DNA of 64,000 bases. Origin: Macrostomum lignano (taxonomy: Eukaryota). The stretch is from positions 18,791 through 82,790 of the forward strand of contig NIVC01000050.1 in NCBI GenBank assembly GCA_002269645.1, written 5' to 3'. A program made the translations under genes and the position numbers. The number at the start of each line of letters is the position of its first letter. The first letter of the stretch is position 1. Below are positions 12,207 to 26,339 of this stretch, piece by piece. A model generated the notes under the pieces. That model saw only the letters and a list, made by a program, of their open reading frames with translations, was not told where the DNA came from and ran no database searches.

Positions 12207-12661
12207 TATTAACTGATTGATTTATTCATTGATCAATTGATTGATTGATTGCTTGATTGATTGATTGGTTGATTGATTGATTGATTGATTGATTATTTGA
12301 TTAATTGATTATTTGATTAATTGATTGATTTATTCATTGATTAATTGATTGATCGATTGATTAATTGCTTTATTTATTGATTGTGTGACTGGTTTATAGA
12401 TTGGTTGTAATAAAGTTACAATTCATAAATTTATTATAACGATTGCCAGCTCAATCGCATACAAAAGTCAATTACTCTTTATGGCAAATATTGACACCGC
12501 CAACCCCCTGGAACCGGCAGCTGCTGGTATCCCTAGCCTACGGTTACAGCGAAGTGACAGATTCCGAGAAACGGTTCCAACTCGAACGCGAGCTCGGCTC
12601 CATACTGCTGCGAATTCGGCGAAACTACAATGTGCTGATGGCCGAGCACCAACGATTGTAG
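7054..12661 (+). CDS. Single-pass membrane protein: signal peptide, Ig-like domain, unknown middle domain, Cys-rich GCC2/GCC3 (ephrin-receptor-like) repeat, TM. Exons 7054-7497, 9535-~9850, ~10329-10548, 10732-10900, 11674-11999, and tentatively ~12450-12661
   Basis: Hydrophobic N-terminus; VIVPC..AWY..GKLV|VMEPIIGHNWFLC Ig pattern; GT-AG phases close correctly for junctions 1/2, 3/4 (AIKR|NAVRW) and 4/5 (WEC V|LCRPG); CHMCPVGTYS..CHECP..TT..GST...DC motif; TM FTMLAVFLLSPWLVFVIC. Junctions 2/3 and 5/6 are not resolved. Confidence 0.75.
7578..9345. repeat. 20-bp minisatellite B (CCCTTCCAGAKCCTCAGTAC) in intron 1
   Basis: Dozens of tandem copies; interrupted at 8643-8877. Confidence 0.97.
8643..8877 (-). 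mobile_element. Solo LTR, 235 bp
   Basis: TGTTGTG...CACAACA inverted termini; perfect 5-bp TSD GTACC (8638-8642 and 8878-8882); TATAAATA on the minus strand near 8720. Confidence 0.9.
9870..10256. repeat. 26-bp minisatellite (TCTACTCAAATCTGACATCTCTCCGA), intronic
   Basis: About 14 tandem copies. Confidence 0.96.
10925..11622. repeat. Compound intronic array: 23-bp unit (CACTCAAATGTGATTCCCCAAGA) followed by ~21-bp unit (AAAGCGGTTCCAAAGACACCC)
   Basis: Units switch at ~11058; the second part contains a ~238-bp block duplication (11221 versus 11459). Confidence 0.95.
12108..12385. repeat. Degenerate (ATTG)n microsatellite
   Basis: Direct reading. Confidence 0.9.
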
Positions 12662-13324
12662 AATGCGTGCGCCCAGCCGTAAATCATCATCAAATAGATT
12701 ATATTATTAATTGTAATATTACTACTATATTCAGTAGCGAAAAGTTATCACTTTTTGGGATACTCGTACAACAAAGCTGCGTTATAATTCTGCATAATAA
12801 CAAAATAAATTTTAATTAAAAAAACAGTTCCTTTGGTTTTTCCAGAAATAAAAAAAATTTGAAATAAGAATTAATTTTCAAAACTTTCTACTGATATTAC
12901 AACTTTCGATAGTAGTCTGGAACCTTTTTGCGCAAAAGACAATGGTGCAAAATAAATGCGTAATAACTGCAGCAGAAGAAGCAGAAGCAGCAGAAGCCAC
13001 TATATTTAATTCTTCACAGTTGCACTCTGCTGAGAGGACAGAGAGAAGAAACTTTCTGCATTTTGTGAAGCACTGTGTCTACACACTGGCACACACACAC
13101 ATACCCGTGCACAGTGTCTGGCGCCACTGCCACTATTTAGGTGGTACCATTGTAGCTAACTGTCACTGTACTATAACCATGCGGCCATTATAGAAGCAGT
13201 TCGAGAAGATTGTCTTCAATAAACTGTCTTACTTATAATCGGAATTTACCCTATGGCACAATGAATAAGATGTCAACTTCAAAAAGTAATAATATCACAA
13301 GCTCACTATTTCACGGGGTCACCA

Positions 13325-14060
13325 ATTTCACAGGATCACAATTTCACAGGATCACAATTTCACAGGATCACAGTTTCACAGGATCACAATTTAACAAGAT
13401 CACAATTTCACAAGATTATAATTTCACAAGATTATAATTTCACAAGATCATAACTTCACAAGATCATAATTTCACAAGATCATAATTTCATAGGGTCGCA
13501 ATATCACAAGATCATAATTTCACAAGATCACAATTTCACAAGATCATAATTTCACAAGATCATAATTTCACAAGATCATAATTTCACAAGATCATAATTT
13601 CATAGGGTCGCAATATCACAAGATCATAATTTCACAAGATCACAATTTCACAAGATCATAATTTCACAAGATCATAATTTCACAAGATCATAATTTCATA
13701 GGGTCGCAATATCACAAGATCATAATTTCACAAGATCACAATTTCACAAGATCATAATTTCACAAGATCACAATTTCACAAGATCACAATTTCACAAGAT
13801 CACAATTTCACAATACCACAATTTCACAAGATCACAATTTCACAAGATCACAATTTCACAATACCACAATTTCACAAGATCACAATTTCACAAGATCACA
13901 ATTTCACAAGATCACAATTTCACAAGATCACAATTTCACAAGATCACAATTTCACAATACCACAATTTCACAATTTCATAATTTCACAATTTCACAATTT
14001 CACAATTTCACAAGATCATAATTTCACAATATCACAAGCTCAAAGGATCACAGCTTCACA
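13325..14060. repeat. 16-bp minisatellite (TTCACAAGATCAYAAT)
   Basis: More than 40 tandem copies. Confidence 0.96.
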
Positions 14061-14459
14061 CGATCATATCGAACCAGTTCACAGTTCGCTAGGGGCGGCC
14101 GGTTGCCGGCTGTGCTATACTTAACTATTCATAATAGCGAATTATTATTTTTATTTCATATCATTTTTTCGCGCTTTGCTGAGAGATTATTGGGATTTAA
14201 TGGCTTTTCTATATGGACTGTTATAGTTAGCCAAGGCTATATATGTACGAGCTACCAGCGCGTATGCTTCTACTGAGTTCTACACTTTGCAGTTTCTGTT
14301 CTCCTATCTCGTTGCTATCTGCAGCTGCCTCACTCTGATCCCCGCACGCAAAGTGTCATCTACGAGTATTTCCGCAGCCTTTGGCGGAGCTCAAATTTTT
14401 CCTACGCCTGATTTGTTTGCTTATTCTGTCCCAGCTCTCCCTGCCCCTGTTAGATCTCC

Positions 14460-14770
14460 TCTTTTTCCATCTCATTTTGTCTCCTTCACTTCTCTGTCAT
14501 CTCCCCCATCTTGTCTCCTTCACTTCTCTGTCATCTCCCCCATCTTGTCTCCTTCACTTCTCTGTCATCTCCCCATCTTGTCTCCTTCACTTCTCTGTCA
14601 TCTCCCCCATCTTGTCTCCTTCACTTCTCTGTCATCTCCCCCATCTTGTCTCCTTCACTTCTCTGTCATCTCGATCATCTTGTCTCCCATCTATTATCTC
14701 CCTCATCTTGTCTCCTCTTCTCTGTAGTCTCCTTCATCTTGTCTCATTCTCTTTTTTCTTTCTCTCTCTC
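14460..14770. repeat. ~34-bp pyrimidine-rich minisatellite
   Basis: TGTCTCCTTCACTTCTCTGTCATCTCC recurs with a period of about 34. Confidence 0.9.
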
Positions 14771-16124
14771 TCCCTCCATATCCACCTCTACGCAGAGGCG
14801 CAACAATAATTGCCAATAATTCACGCAGACGCAGGTAATGGAGCAAGAAATGTTTTTTACCTTTTACACCTTTTAACCATTTCTAAAATTTAGCACCTAC
14901 ACTGATTTCTGGATTGAAATGTTTCGTACACTATTTTCCTTATATGATATGCCTCGTGGGCGCAGCTAAATCTGCTCATTAAACTACGCAATAGGCGCAG
15001 GTGTTAGTTTATATTATACTTAACTAATCTTAATATTTTAGCTACGGACTATAACTATATATAATGTCGTAGCGTTTCTTACTGCGGCAATTTTTATAGT
15101 TTTATATTTTTCTCACGAAGTTCAGTCAAATTGGCTTTGACCCTGGTGCTCCAGTTCCAGGCCTTTATACATGTGTATATTCCTACTCTATGAACTTTGA
15201 TACTTTATTAGCTAGACCAGTTTTACTGGCATAAAAACTTGCGAAATTTTACTACATTTTTTTCCAATGCCTTGCCTTCCTCCAATTTATCGTGTGATTT
15301 TATATTCTTATCTTATCTAACTTATCTACACGGCATAAGCGAGTGTTGCTCGGTATTGCTTATTTTCCGCTCTAAGAGGCAACGATTAACGCTGATAAGA
15401 GGAAAGGACATTGATTTTAATTTCTAGTGCTGTTCCGCTATGTTCTGCATGTGGCAATTCTACTGAACTGAACACAGTTTACAGCTCCGCAAGCAGCAAA
15501 AAAGTAAAGCAACAACCAACAGTGTCCGGTTGTTGTTCCTATTTTCGTAGTTTTTGGCCTACTCTAATCGACTCCACTTCAACTTCATCCTTTCCCATTT
15601 TGGTATTGCAAGCGCGTAGGCGCGTAGGCTATTTTTGGAACAAGTCATCGGGGTTTCCTTCCTGATTTCCTTACCCTCGTCCTTCCCTCTATTACCCCAG
15701 GGGCTTTGAGCCAAACGGGGGCTTGGACTAAAATGGGCCTGCAGTTAATAATCACGCCACCCGCGACCAACCCCTCCATGCCCGCCACTCAGCCCCACCA
15801 CCCCACACTGTCCGACCAGTAAAAATCGGGGCTCCTAGTGTACACCAGCTTTCACCACGTCATCCCTGTAACCCTATCTGCCCTGTGTCTGCACCCTGTG
15901 TGTACATTTAAAGGTTTATGGTGGGTTTGTTCGTATGCATTTCACATTATATACTCGTAAATACATACCGAATAAAATTCCCCCACTTGTTAAACGCGTC
16001 AAGTTTCAAGCTCTCTTTCAAGCTCCGAGCTTTGACTTTGGCTTAGGGCTTAATCCTTTCAACGTTAACAGCATAAGCCGGAAAAAACTATATCGAAGTA
16101 CAGTCAATTTGCTTTAATAGAGAA

Positions 16125-18304
<2,180 letters not shown>

Positions 18305-18346
18305 CCGTTGCAATTCTTTCGTCACGTGATGAGCTGCCTAGTATGA

Positions 18347-18764
18347 TCACAGATACTAAAATAGCTAGATGGGCCACTCAGGCATATATAACAGCTTTCT
18401 ACTTTCAGTTCAGTAGCAAATAAGAATACATAAGCTATTTTATAAAGAAGGTTCAGAAGCCCAAGCTTGCAGGCGTAAACAGCTTGCTAATTGGTTCAGC
18501 AATAATGTACATTGGCCAGTTCACTGAAATGTACATGGCAGCTTTAGGCTGGAATTCCGAGAAAGGCAATAAAAATTGGGGCGGGGCGGGGATGGTGTGG
18601 AAAGGCGCGGTTGGAGGGAGGGTTTAGGCTGGGGGTAAGAGCTAATAAATGAGCCTTGGCTTTAAAAATACATTAAAATGCTTCCGTTTAAATTGCTACT
18701 GAACTGAAAGTAGCTTACACGCAAATGTGCTGAGTGGCCCACCTAGTAATTATAGTATCTGTGA
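18347..18764. mobile_element. MITE-like element with ~75-bp imperfect terminal inverted repeats
   Basis: TCACAGATACTA..CTAG.TGGGCCACTCAG..CTACTTTCAGTTCAGTAGCAA (18347-18419) is mirrored at 18693-18764; no clean TSD. Confidence 0.7.
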
Positions 18765-19286
18765 ATATGATAAAATAGACTATTTTTTAATTGCAGTTGT
18801 TACCAGGACTTCCAGCAGATGTAATACTTGTCGCTAATTATGATGTTTTTTGCTTTCAGAATTATAAAAAAGTACTCGTGTAACATGTAAACACTCCGTC
18901 AAATAATTTCTGTTAATGCGCCAGCTGTACTGTACACATCTTATACTGTTTGCTACATTATTTGTTTGCATAGAAATTTACATACAACTACTTGTACTGC
19001 ACTGTTGATTATGAACAAATCAACTCAAAATCCATGCTTGTTGAATTTTGAATTTCGAATTTTAAATTAATTTTATAATTGAACATTCAAAAAATTGTTA
19101 ATATAATTATTTATTATCTGTTGTTTTCTAAATGGAACTATTTGTTTGTTAATAAATCAAAGTCCCATTGGCGAGTTTTAATAAATCCGCTTGAATCGCT
19201 TAGAAAAATGATTTTTTCGGTAATTTTATTGCCTTAATTCTTTTAATGAAATGTCATTGATGGACATCTTGACTGTTTACTTACTG

Positions 19287-20842
19287 TGCTGGCGGATCAA
19301 AGTCGTGACTGTTTGAGAGGGTGCTGATGGATCAAAATCGTGACTGTTTGAGAGGGTGCTGATGGATCAAAGTCGTGACTGTTTGAGAGGGTGCTGATGG
19401 ATCAAAATCGTGACTGTTTGAGAGGGTGCTGATGGATCAAAATCGTGACTGTTTGAGAGGGTGCTGATGGATCAAAATCGTGACTGTTTGAGAGGGTGCT
19501 GATGGATCAAAATCGTGACTGTTTGAGAGGGTGCTGATGGATCAAAATCGTGACTGTTTGAGAGGGTGCTGATGGATCAAAATCGTGACTGTTTGAGAGG
19601 GTGCTGATGGATCAAAATCGTGACTGTTTGAGAGGGTGCTGATGGATCAAAATCGTGACTGTTTGAGAGGGTGCTGATGGATCAAAATCGTGACTGTTTG
19701 AGAGGGTGCTGATGGATCAAAATCGTGACTGTTTGAGAGGGTGCTGATGGATCAAAATCATGACTGTTTGAGAGGGTGCTGATGGATCAAAGTCGTGACT
19801 GTTTGAGAGGGTGCTGACGGATCAAAGTCGTGACTGTTTGAGAGGGTGCTGATGGATCAAAGTCGTGACTGATTGAGAGGGTGCTGATGGATCAAAATCG
19901 TGACTGTTTGAGAGGGTGCTGATGGATCAAAGTCGTGACTGTTTGAGAGGGTGCTGACGGATCAAAGTCGTGACTGTTTGAGAGGGTGCTGATGGATCAA
20001 AGTCGTGACTGTTTGAGAGGGTGCTGGCGGATCAAAATCGTGACTGTTTGAGAGGGTGCTGATGGATCAAAGTCGTGACTGTTTGAGAGGGTGCTGATGG
20101 ATCAAAATCGTGACTGTTTGAGAGGGTGCTGATGGATCAAAATCGTGACTGTTTGAGAGGGTGCTGATGGATCAAAATCGTGACTGTTTGAGAGGGTGCT
20201 GATGGATCAAAATCGTGACTGTTTGAGAGGGTGCTGATGGATCAAAATCGTGACTGTTTGAGAGGGTGCTGATGGATCAAAATCGTGACTGTTTGAGAGG
20301 GTGCTGATGGATCAAAATCGTGACTGTTTGAGAGGGTGCTGATGGATCAAAGTCGTGACTGTTTGAGAGGGTGCTGACGGATCAAAGTCGTGACTGTTTG
20401 AGAGGGTGCTGATGGATCAAAGTCGTGACTGATTGAGAGGGTGCTGATGGATCAAAATCGTGACTGTTTGAGAGGGTGCTGATGGATCAAAGTCGTGACT
20501 GTTTGAGAGGGTGCTGACGGATCAAAGTCGTGACTGTTTGAGAGGGTGCTGACGGATCAAAGTCGTGACTGTTTGAGAGGGTGCTGATGGATCAAAGTCG
20601 TGACTGTTTGAGAGGGTGCTGATGGATCAAAGTCGTGACTGTTTGAGAGGGTGCTGACGGATCAAAGTCGTGACTGTTTGAGAGGGTGCTGATGGATCAA
20701 AGTCGTGACTGTTTGAGAGGGTGCTGACGGATTAAAATCGTGACTGTTTGAGAGGGTGCTGATGGATCAAAGTCGTGACTGTTTGAGAGGGTGCTGATGG
20801 ATCAAAGTCGTGACTGTGTTGAGAGGGTGCTGATGGATCAAG
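19287..20842. repeat. 35-bp minisatellite (GTGCTGATGGATCAAAATCGTGACTGTTTGAGAGG), about 44 copies
   Basis: Period 35; very homogeneous. Confidence 0.98.
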
Positions 20843-21317
20843 ATGCTAACAGTTCTTTATGGTACTGACGTGTGAAAATCATGTAATTTCAGAGGCTTCT
20901 GGACTAGACATGTACATGCAAGTCTGAAAACAATAGAATACATGCAAGTGTAAGTGTTGCATAGGCACACATTTAATTCAGTTAAAAGTATAACTCAATA
21001 CCCGACTTAAGAATACTGCAACAGTACTATATACGAGTAGATACCTGCGCGACCTTGTCTATGGCCGTAAGTGTTGCAGCGAATTCAAATTCCTTACTCT
21101 GAGCCCCAGATGCTGGGACGCAGACTTTTCAACATCTGTTCCAGTTAGGTGACATTTTTATTGAATCCTTGCTTCGTAGAATTGAAATATAAACTGTAGT
21201 ATTGCGTTGTCTTTGGGAGTTTATAATAATGTAGGGTTTCCAGTTGTTAACCTGAATATTTTCTACTCTACTATTGAATCAGCTAAACAACTGCAGTCAG
21301 AATATAAAGACAGACAA

Positions 21318-21815
21318 ATGGAGGACACCATTGCCTATCACCATCAGCAGCAGCAACAGCAGCAGAACACAGCGTTTGTAGCGGCGTCGACCACGGCTCA
21401 ACAGTCGCTGTCAGTGGCGGAGACTTCCTCATCATCCGGTGCCGCCGTTGTTTCTCTGTCCTCGGCGTCCTCTGTTCACGCCGCCGCTGCAGCCGCCGCC
21501 GCAGCCGCCGCCGCCGCCGCCGCAGCAACAGCTGCTGCCGCCTCCACGGTGCAGTGCTGCGACTGCCAGCTGTGCCAGGCGCGCGACCTCATGGCCTGGG
21601 CGCGGCAGGCGGCTCGGTCAGGGGCCTACTCGTGCGCCCCCGGCTACGCTGCCGTGATGCTCGCGCCGCCGCAGCAGCCGACCGACGGCCTCTACCCAAT
21701 GCAGAATCCGTCCACGGCCGGCCTAGCCGCTGAGATGCAGCATCAGCAGCATCATCAGCATCAGCAGCAGAGCTTGCATCATCTGCAGTTGAATACGCAG
21801 CATCAACATCAGCAT

Positions 21816-21848
<33 letters not shown>

Positions 21849-24110
21849 CACGAACTGTACGATTACAATACGACTATGGCTAGACCAGCTTATCCACAGC
21901 ACAGCCAGTATCAGCCGCAGAGTCATTATCTGCATCAGAATCAGCATCAGAATCAGCAGCAGCATCAGCAACCTCCGCAACTGCTGCAGCAGCAGCAACA
22001 GCAGCAGCAGTGCGGCGACGAATGCAGCTCAACGAGTCCAATCAGTCTGAGCGAACTCTCAGTTGGCTGTCTTACCAGCCTCTCGCAGGCCTCTGGGCCC
22101 TCCGTTGAGCTCGAGTATCCGGCAGCTTACATCTCCGATGATGGTATCGCTCACCTTCGACTCAATAAGCATATCGCACTGGAGGTGTCAGACTATGCTA
22201 TTCGGATTATCAACAACCGGAACAATTCGGCTCTGGCTGTGAGCAGCGCCGCCTCCATTGGCTCGCTGTATCATTACAATTGTCGGGGCTGGTTCGACAC
22301 CGGAGCTCAACGAGTTGCTCTGGCATTCGACCGCGACTGCGAACTCATGCTCCGGGCGCCTAACCGGCCTTCGGTGGTGCGCAAAGGTCGCGAGTATTAT
22401 CGGGTGACTCAATCGGGCATCAACTGCGCCAAAGAGGAAACCATCTACATCGCGCACGAGGATCTCACCCATCAGCGTCTGTTCCGACGGAATAGCGACG
22501 AGAATTTTCCATTACAGGTGCAGGAAATGGTTAAGGGTTCCAAGGTGTGTCGCGACGCCAGCGGAGCAATTAATCGTGAGTAATCTTCTTTCTTACAGTA
22601 GCTTCATGCATAACTATTCTATGGCGTCATGAACAACCAAAACTACATTTTTATCAGTCGACTTGTGCTCCGTTCGAGCTGAACTCCAAGCAACTGGCGA
22701 GCTCAGAGTTTGGTGGACAGGACCGGACCGTTTCGTCAATCAAATGATTGTGTCGCCAACGTCTGGTGCGTTCACGCTGATTACTAATTCGTTAGAGATT
22801 GTTAATACGCCAAAGTGCGAGGTCACCGTAAAATTCGGCTGCGTCTCCATTCTACTCGGGTGAGATTTGGGGTTTGGAGGTTTTTAAGCACCGATAGCCA
22901 TGGGGTGTTTAGTCTTGGAGTTTTATTAGGCACTAATAAGCAATGGGGTGTTGGCTTGGGGCTTAGAGTTTTATTAGGCACTGATAAGCAATGGGGTGTT
23001 GGCTTGGGGCTTGGAGTTTTATTAGGCACTGATAAGCAATGGGGTGTTGGGGCTTGGAGTTTTATTAGGCACCAATAGCAATGGGTGTTGGGGCTTGGAG
23101 TTTTATTAGGCACCAATAGCAATGGGGTGTTGGGGCTTGGAGTTTTATTAGGCACCAATAGCAATGGGTGTTGGGGCTTGGAGTTTTATTAGGCACCAAT
23201 AGCAATGGGGTGTTGGGGCTTGGAGTTTTATTAGGCACCAATAGCAATGGGTGTTGGGGCTTGGAGTTTTATTAGGCACCAATAGCAATGGGGTGTTGGG
23301 GCTTGGAGTTTTATTAGGCACCAATAGCAATGGGTGTTGGGGCTTGGAGTTTTATTAGGCACCAATAGCAATGGGGTGTTGGGGCTTGGAGTTTTATTAG
23401 GCACCAATAGCAATGGGTGTTGGGGCTTGGAGTTTTATTGACACTGCAAGCCATAGTGTGGTTATTTATAGGGGCGCTATGAAGTAAAATTGAATTTATT
23501 TCTTATACATTAGACTGCGCCAACTACAAATGTCAAATGGCGTGAAGAACTGCCTGCTAGACCTCTATCCAATGGACGTTTTCGGCTGGAGCTGCCTCCC
23601 TCCAGATTATTACACAATGGCTAACGCCTGTCTTCCCCAGCATCATCAGCAGCAGTTGCATCAGCAGCATCATCATTCGTCGGTTGGCAAGCAGCAACAC
23701 CACCAGCATCAGTATCATTATCCGCATCATCAGCACCAGCAGCATCACCAGGTGCAAGACCATTTTTAGCTTTCACGGGGATTTGTCTTAAATTTTGTCT
23801 CGAAAATCTGATTAACTAATCCAACTGACTAAATCACCTTTGCCAACAGTACCAGCTTAGCAATCCGAGTGGCTATTCCACCTACGACGATGGTGAGGAC
23901 GACGCGCCAGCTTGGTTTATCAGGCAGCAGCAGGCGAGGCGGTTTGAGCAGCACCACCGATCTCAGCAGCAGCAACAGCAGCAACAGCAGCAACAACAAC
24001 TTGAAGCAGCAAGTCTCGACGACGCCAAGACTGCTACCATGACAACAGCAACGGCTACATGCGAGTCAGCCGACGACAACGACGAGGAAGCAACGTCGGA
24101 GCTCTGCTGA
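21318..24110 (+). CDS. Uncharacterised 652-aa protein: poly-Q/poly-A/His low-complexity ends around a ~260-aa beta-rich domain; exons 21318-22575, 22658-22859, 23514-23751, 23850-24110
   Basis: Phases 1, 2 and 0 all close with canonical GT-AG; total 1959 nt is a multiple of 3; TGA at 24108-24110. Confidence 0.85.
22905..23440. repeat. 41/42-bp minisatellite forming an 83-bp dimer, intronic
   Basis: GGG and GGGG variants alternate; identical ORF calls recur every 83 bp. Confidence 0.95.
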
Positions 24111-24374
24111 CCGCCGACTTGCCGCGCTGGTGGACGCGAAGGTAAAATAAACGCGCACAAATAGAACGAACCGCTCGATTCTTGTCATCTGATTTTTTAG
24201 TATTATTGAAATTGATTGACTGAACCGGACTGGTTGATTTTAAACGCTGATTGAATCCGACGATTTAAGAGGGACAGATGAGAGATCTGGCTTAGCAATG
24301 AAATGCGTAGTGCCATTTCACTGACTTGCCGTTTCCTTAAACTCCATCACTCATAATTCAATCCTCACCCTCTC

Positions 24375-25030
24375 TCCGCCCCTGACTCTTCTCTATCTCC
24401 GCCCCTGACTCCTCTTTTCTCTCCGCCCCTGGCTCCTCTTGATCTCCGCCCCTGACTCCTCTTTTCTCTCCGCCCCTGGCTCCTCTTGATCTCCGCCCCT
24501 GACTCCTCTTTTCTCTCCGCCCCTGAATCCTCTCTATCTCCGCCTCTGACTCCTCTCTATCTCCGCCTCTGACTCCTCTCTATCTCCGCCTCTGACTCCC
24601 CTTTTCGCTCCGCCCCTGACTCCTCTCTATCTCCGCCTCTGACTCCTCTCTATCTCCGCCTCTGACTCCCCTTTTCGCTCCGCCCCTGACTCCTCTCTAT
24701 CTCCGCCCTGACTCCTCTCTCTCTCCGCCTCTGACTCCTTTATACCTCCGCCCCTGACTCCTCTCTATCTCCGCCTCTGACTCCCCTTTTCGCTCCGCCC
24801 CTGACTCCTCTCTATCTCCGCCCTGACTCCTCTCTATCTCCGCCCCTGACTCCTCTCTATCTCTGCCCCTGACTCCTTTTTCTCCGCTCCTTATCTCTCT
24901 CACTATCCGCCCCTTATCCTATTCACTATCAGCCCCTTATCCCTCTCACTATCCGCTCCTTATCCCTCTCACTATCCGCCCCTTATCCTATTCACTATCC
25001 GCCCCTTACCCCTCTCACTATCCGCCCTTT
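24375..25030. repeat. ~23-25-bp minisatellite (CTCCGCCCCTGACTCCTCTCTAT)
   Basis: Direct reading. Confidence 0.93.
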
Positions 25031-26339
25031 CAACAGCAAATATCTTTGTAAGCAGTTGGTAGAAAAATTAATTGCAAACTCTTTCAATTGCCTCTGGTCG
25101 GGCTGTCCATTGCTCACAAATTGCCTATTTGTTAGAACAAAGTGCTTTAATATTTGTTTACATATCAAAATGTGTGCCCACTGTAAATTCATACCCAGTA
25201 CAAGTACTTATGAGTGGCAGCTCTCTCCCCCATGCTAAATATTTAATCTGTCTGTGATTTTAATTAGCAAGTACATACTACACGTATTTGCGAGCTAGAA
25301 GTTTGTGCGAATTCAATTATAAATATAATGATTGTTTCTATTATGGTTAAATAGCCGCGTCTTTGACCTTCTAGTGTCCTTGTTTCGGTAAAAGATTACG
25401 ATGTACTTTGAGATTAGACTGGATTGCTAATCTAGCCAATTTGTGAATGAGTAGAATGGATTGCTAATCCAGCCAATAAATCTCTAGAAATGAAAAAGAT
25501 CTCAACACACTTGTTTATCTTCAACAGTTCAAATTATCAACGATGATTGCAGCAGTAATCACAACGCGATAGAAAATTTTCGAATTTGAACTTTTAGATT
25601 TATAACAAAATTTAAATGATCGTTTTCACATAATTCATGGATGGAAGTGTCATTTTGAATTTTTGCTTCGAACTAACAAATCGCCATTAAAATATTCGAG
25701 CTTGCATTTTAGATAAACGAAAATAATGTCCTTTTTGAATAGACAGTGTCTCTGATTGAGCTTTTTAACAAATTATTAAACACTTTAAAAGAGAATATCA
25801 TATTTAAAAAGTTAATATTCTCGTCATCAAATAAAACAATCAATTAATCTATCCAGCATCGTGGCCACTCGTTCAAGTGGACGCAAACGGAACATGTTAT
25901 AACAAAAAATGTTATTATAATCTTTGTTAAAATCGATAATAAGAATGAATTAAGAAATTACACGACAGAAAATATTTACTCTGTACTCGCATAATAAGTT
26001 AATCAACTAAAACACACAAGCTAGCATGAACAAAATCTTTGAGTTTTGCTAAGATTTGCTACTAAAACAGTAGTAAGTAGCGAGTATGACTAATAATGAA
26101 TATGGATAGCTGAATTTGTGGCGGCGCCTAAATGTGTTTAAATGGAAGCTGCTGTGTAATGTGTAGCAAACAGCAACAGTATATTGATGTAATAATCCGT
26201 ATAAATAGGCAGAATTAGCATTGAATCCGATATTTTTTTCAAATTTGCAAATTGACATGGCTGACTCTTATCGAGCAATGTGCTGCGAACAGAGAGACAT
26301 GCTGACATTGGAATTGTGCGCACATGCAGGTGTGAATAT

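Noticed and set aside
14292-14412. Possible terminal exon (LQLPHSDPRTQSVIYEYFRSLWR) or upstream START-gene exon
   Set aside because: No MENTAL-like or other recognisable motif and no partner exon identified
19287-20842. Regular 33-47-bp arrays as CRISPR arrays
   Set aside because: Head-to-tail repeats with no unique spacers, no cas genes, and a spliceosomal-intron context
22576-22599. 24-nt GT-AG mini-intron
   Set aside because: It leads into a frame without domain continuity; the acceptor at 22657 gives the correct phase
25056-25238. Cys/His-rich ORF (CLWSGC...LHIKMCAH) as a C2H2 zinc finger
   Set aside because: Cys-His spacing does not fit and no consistent splice partners were found
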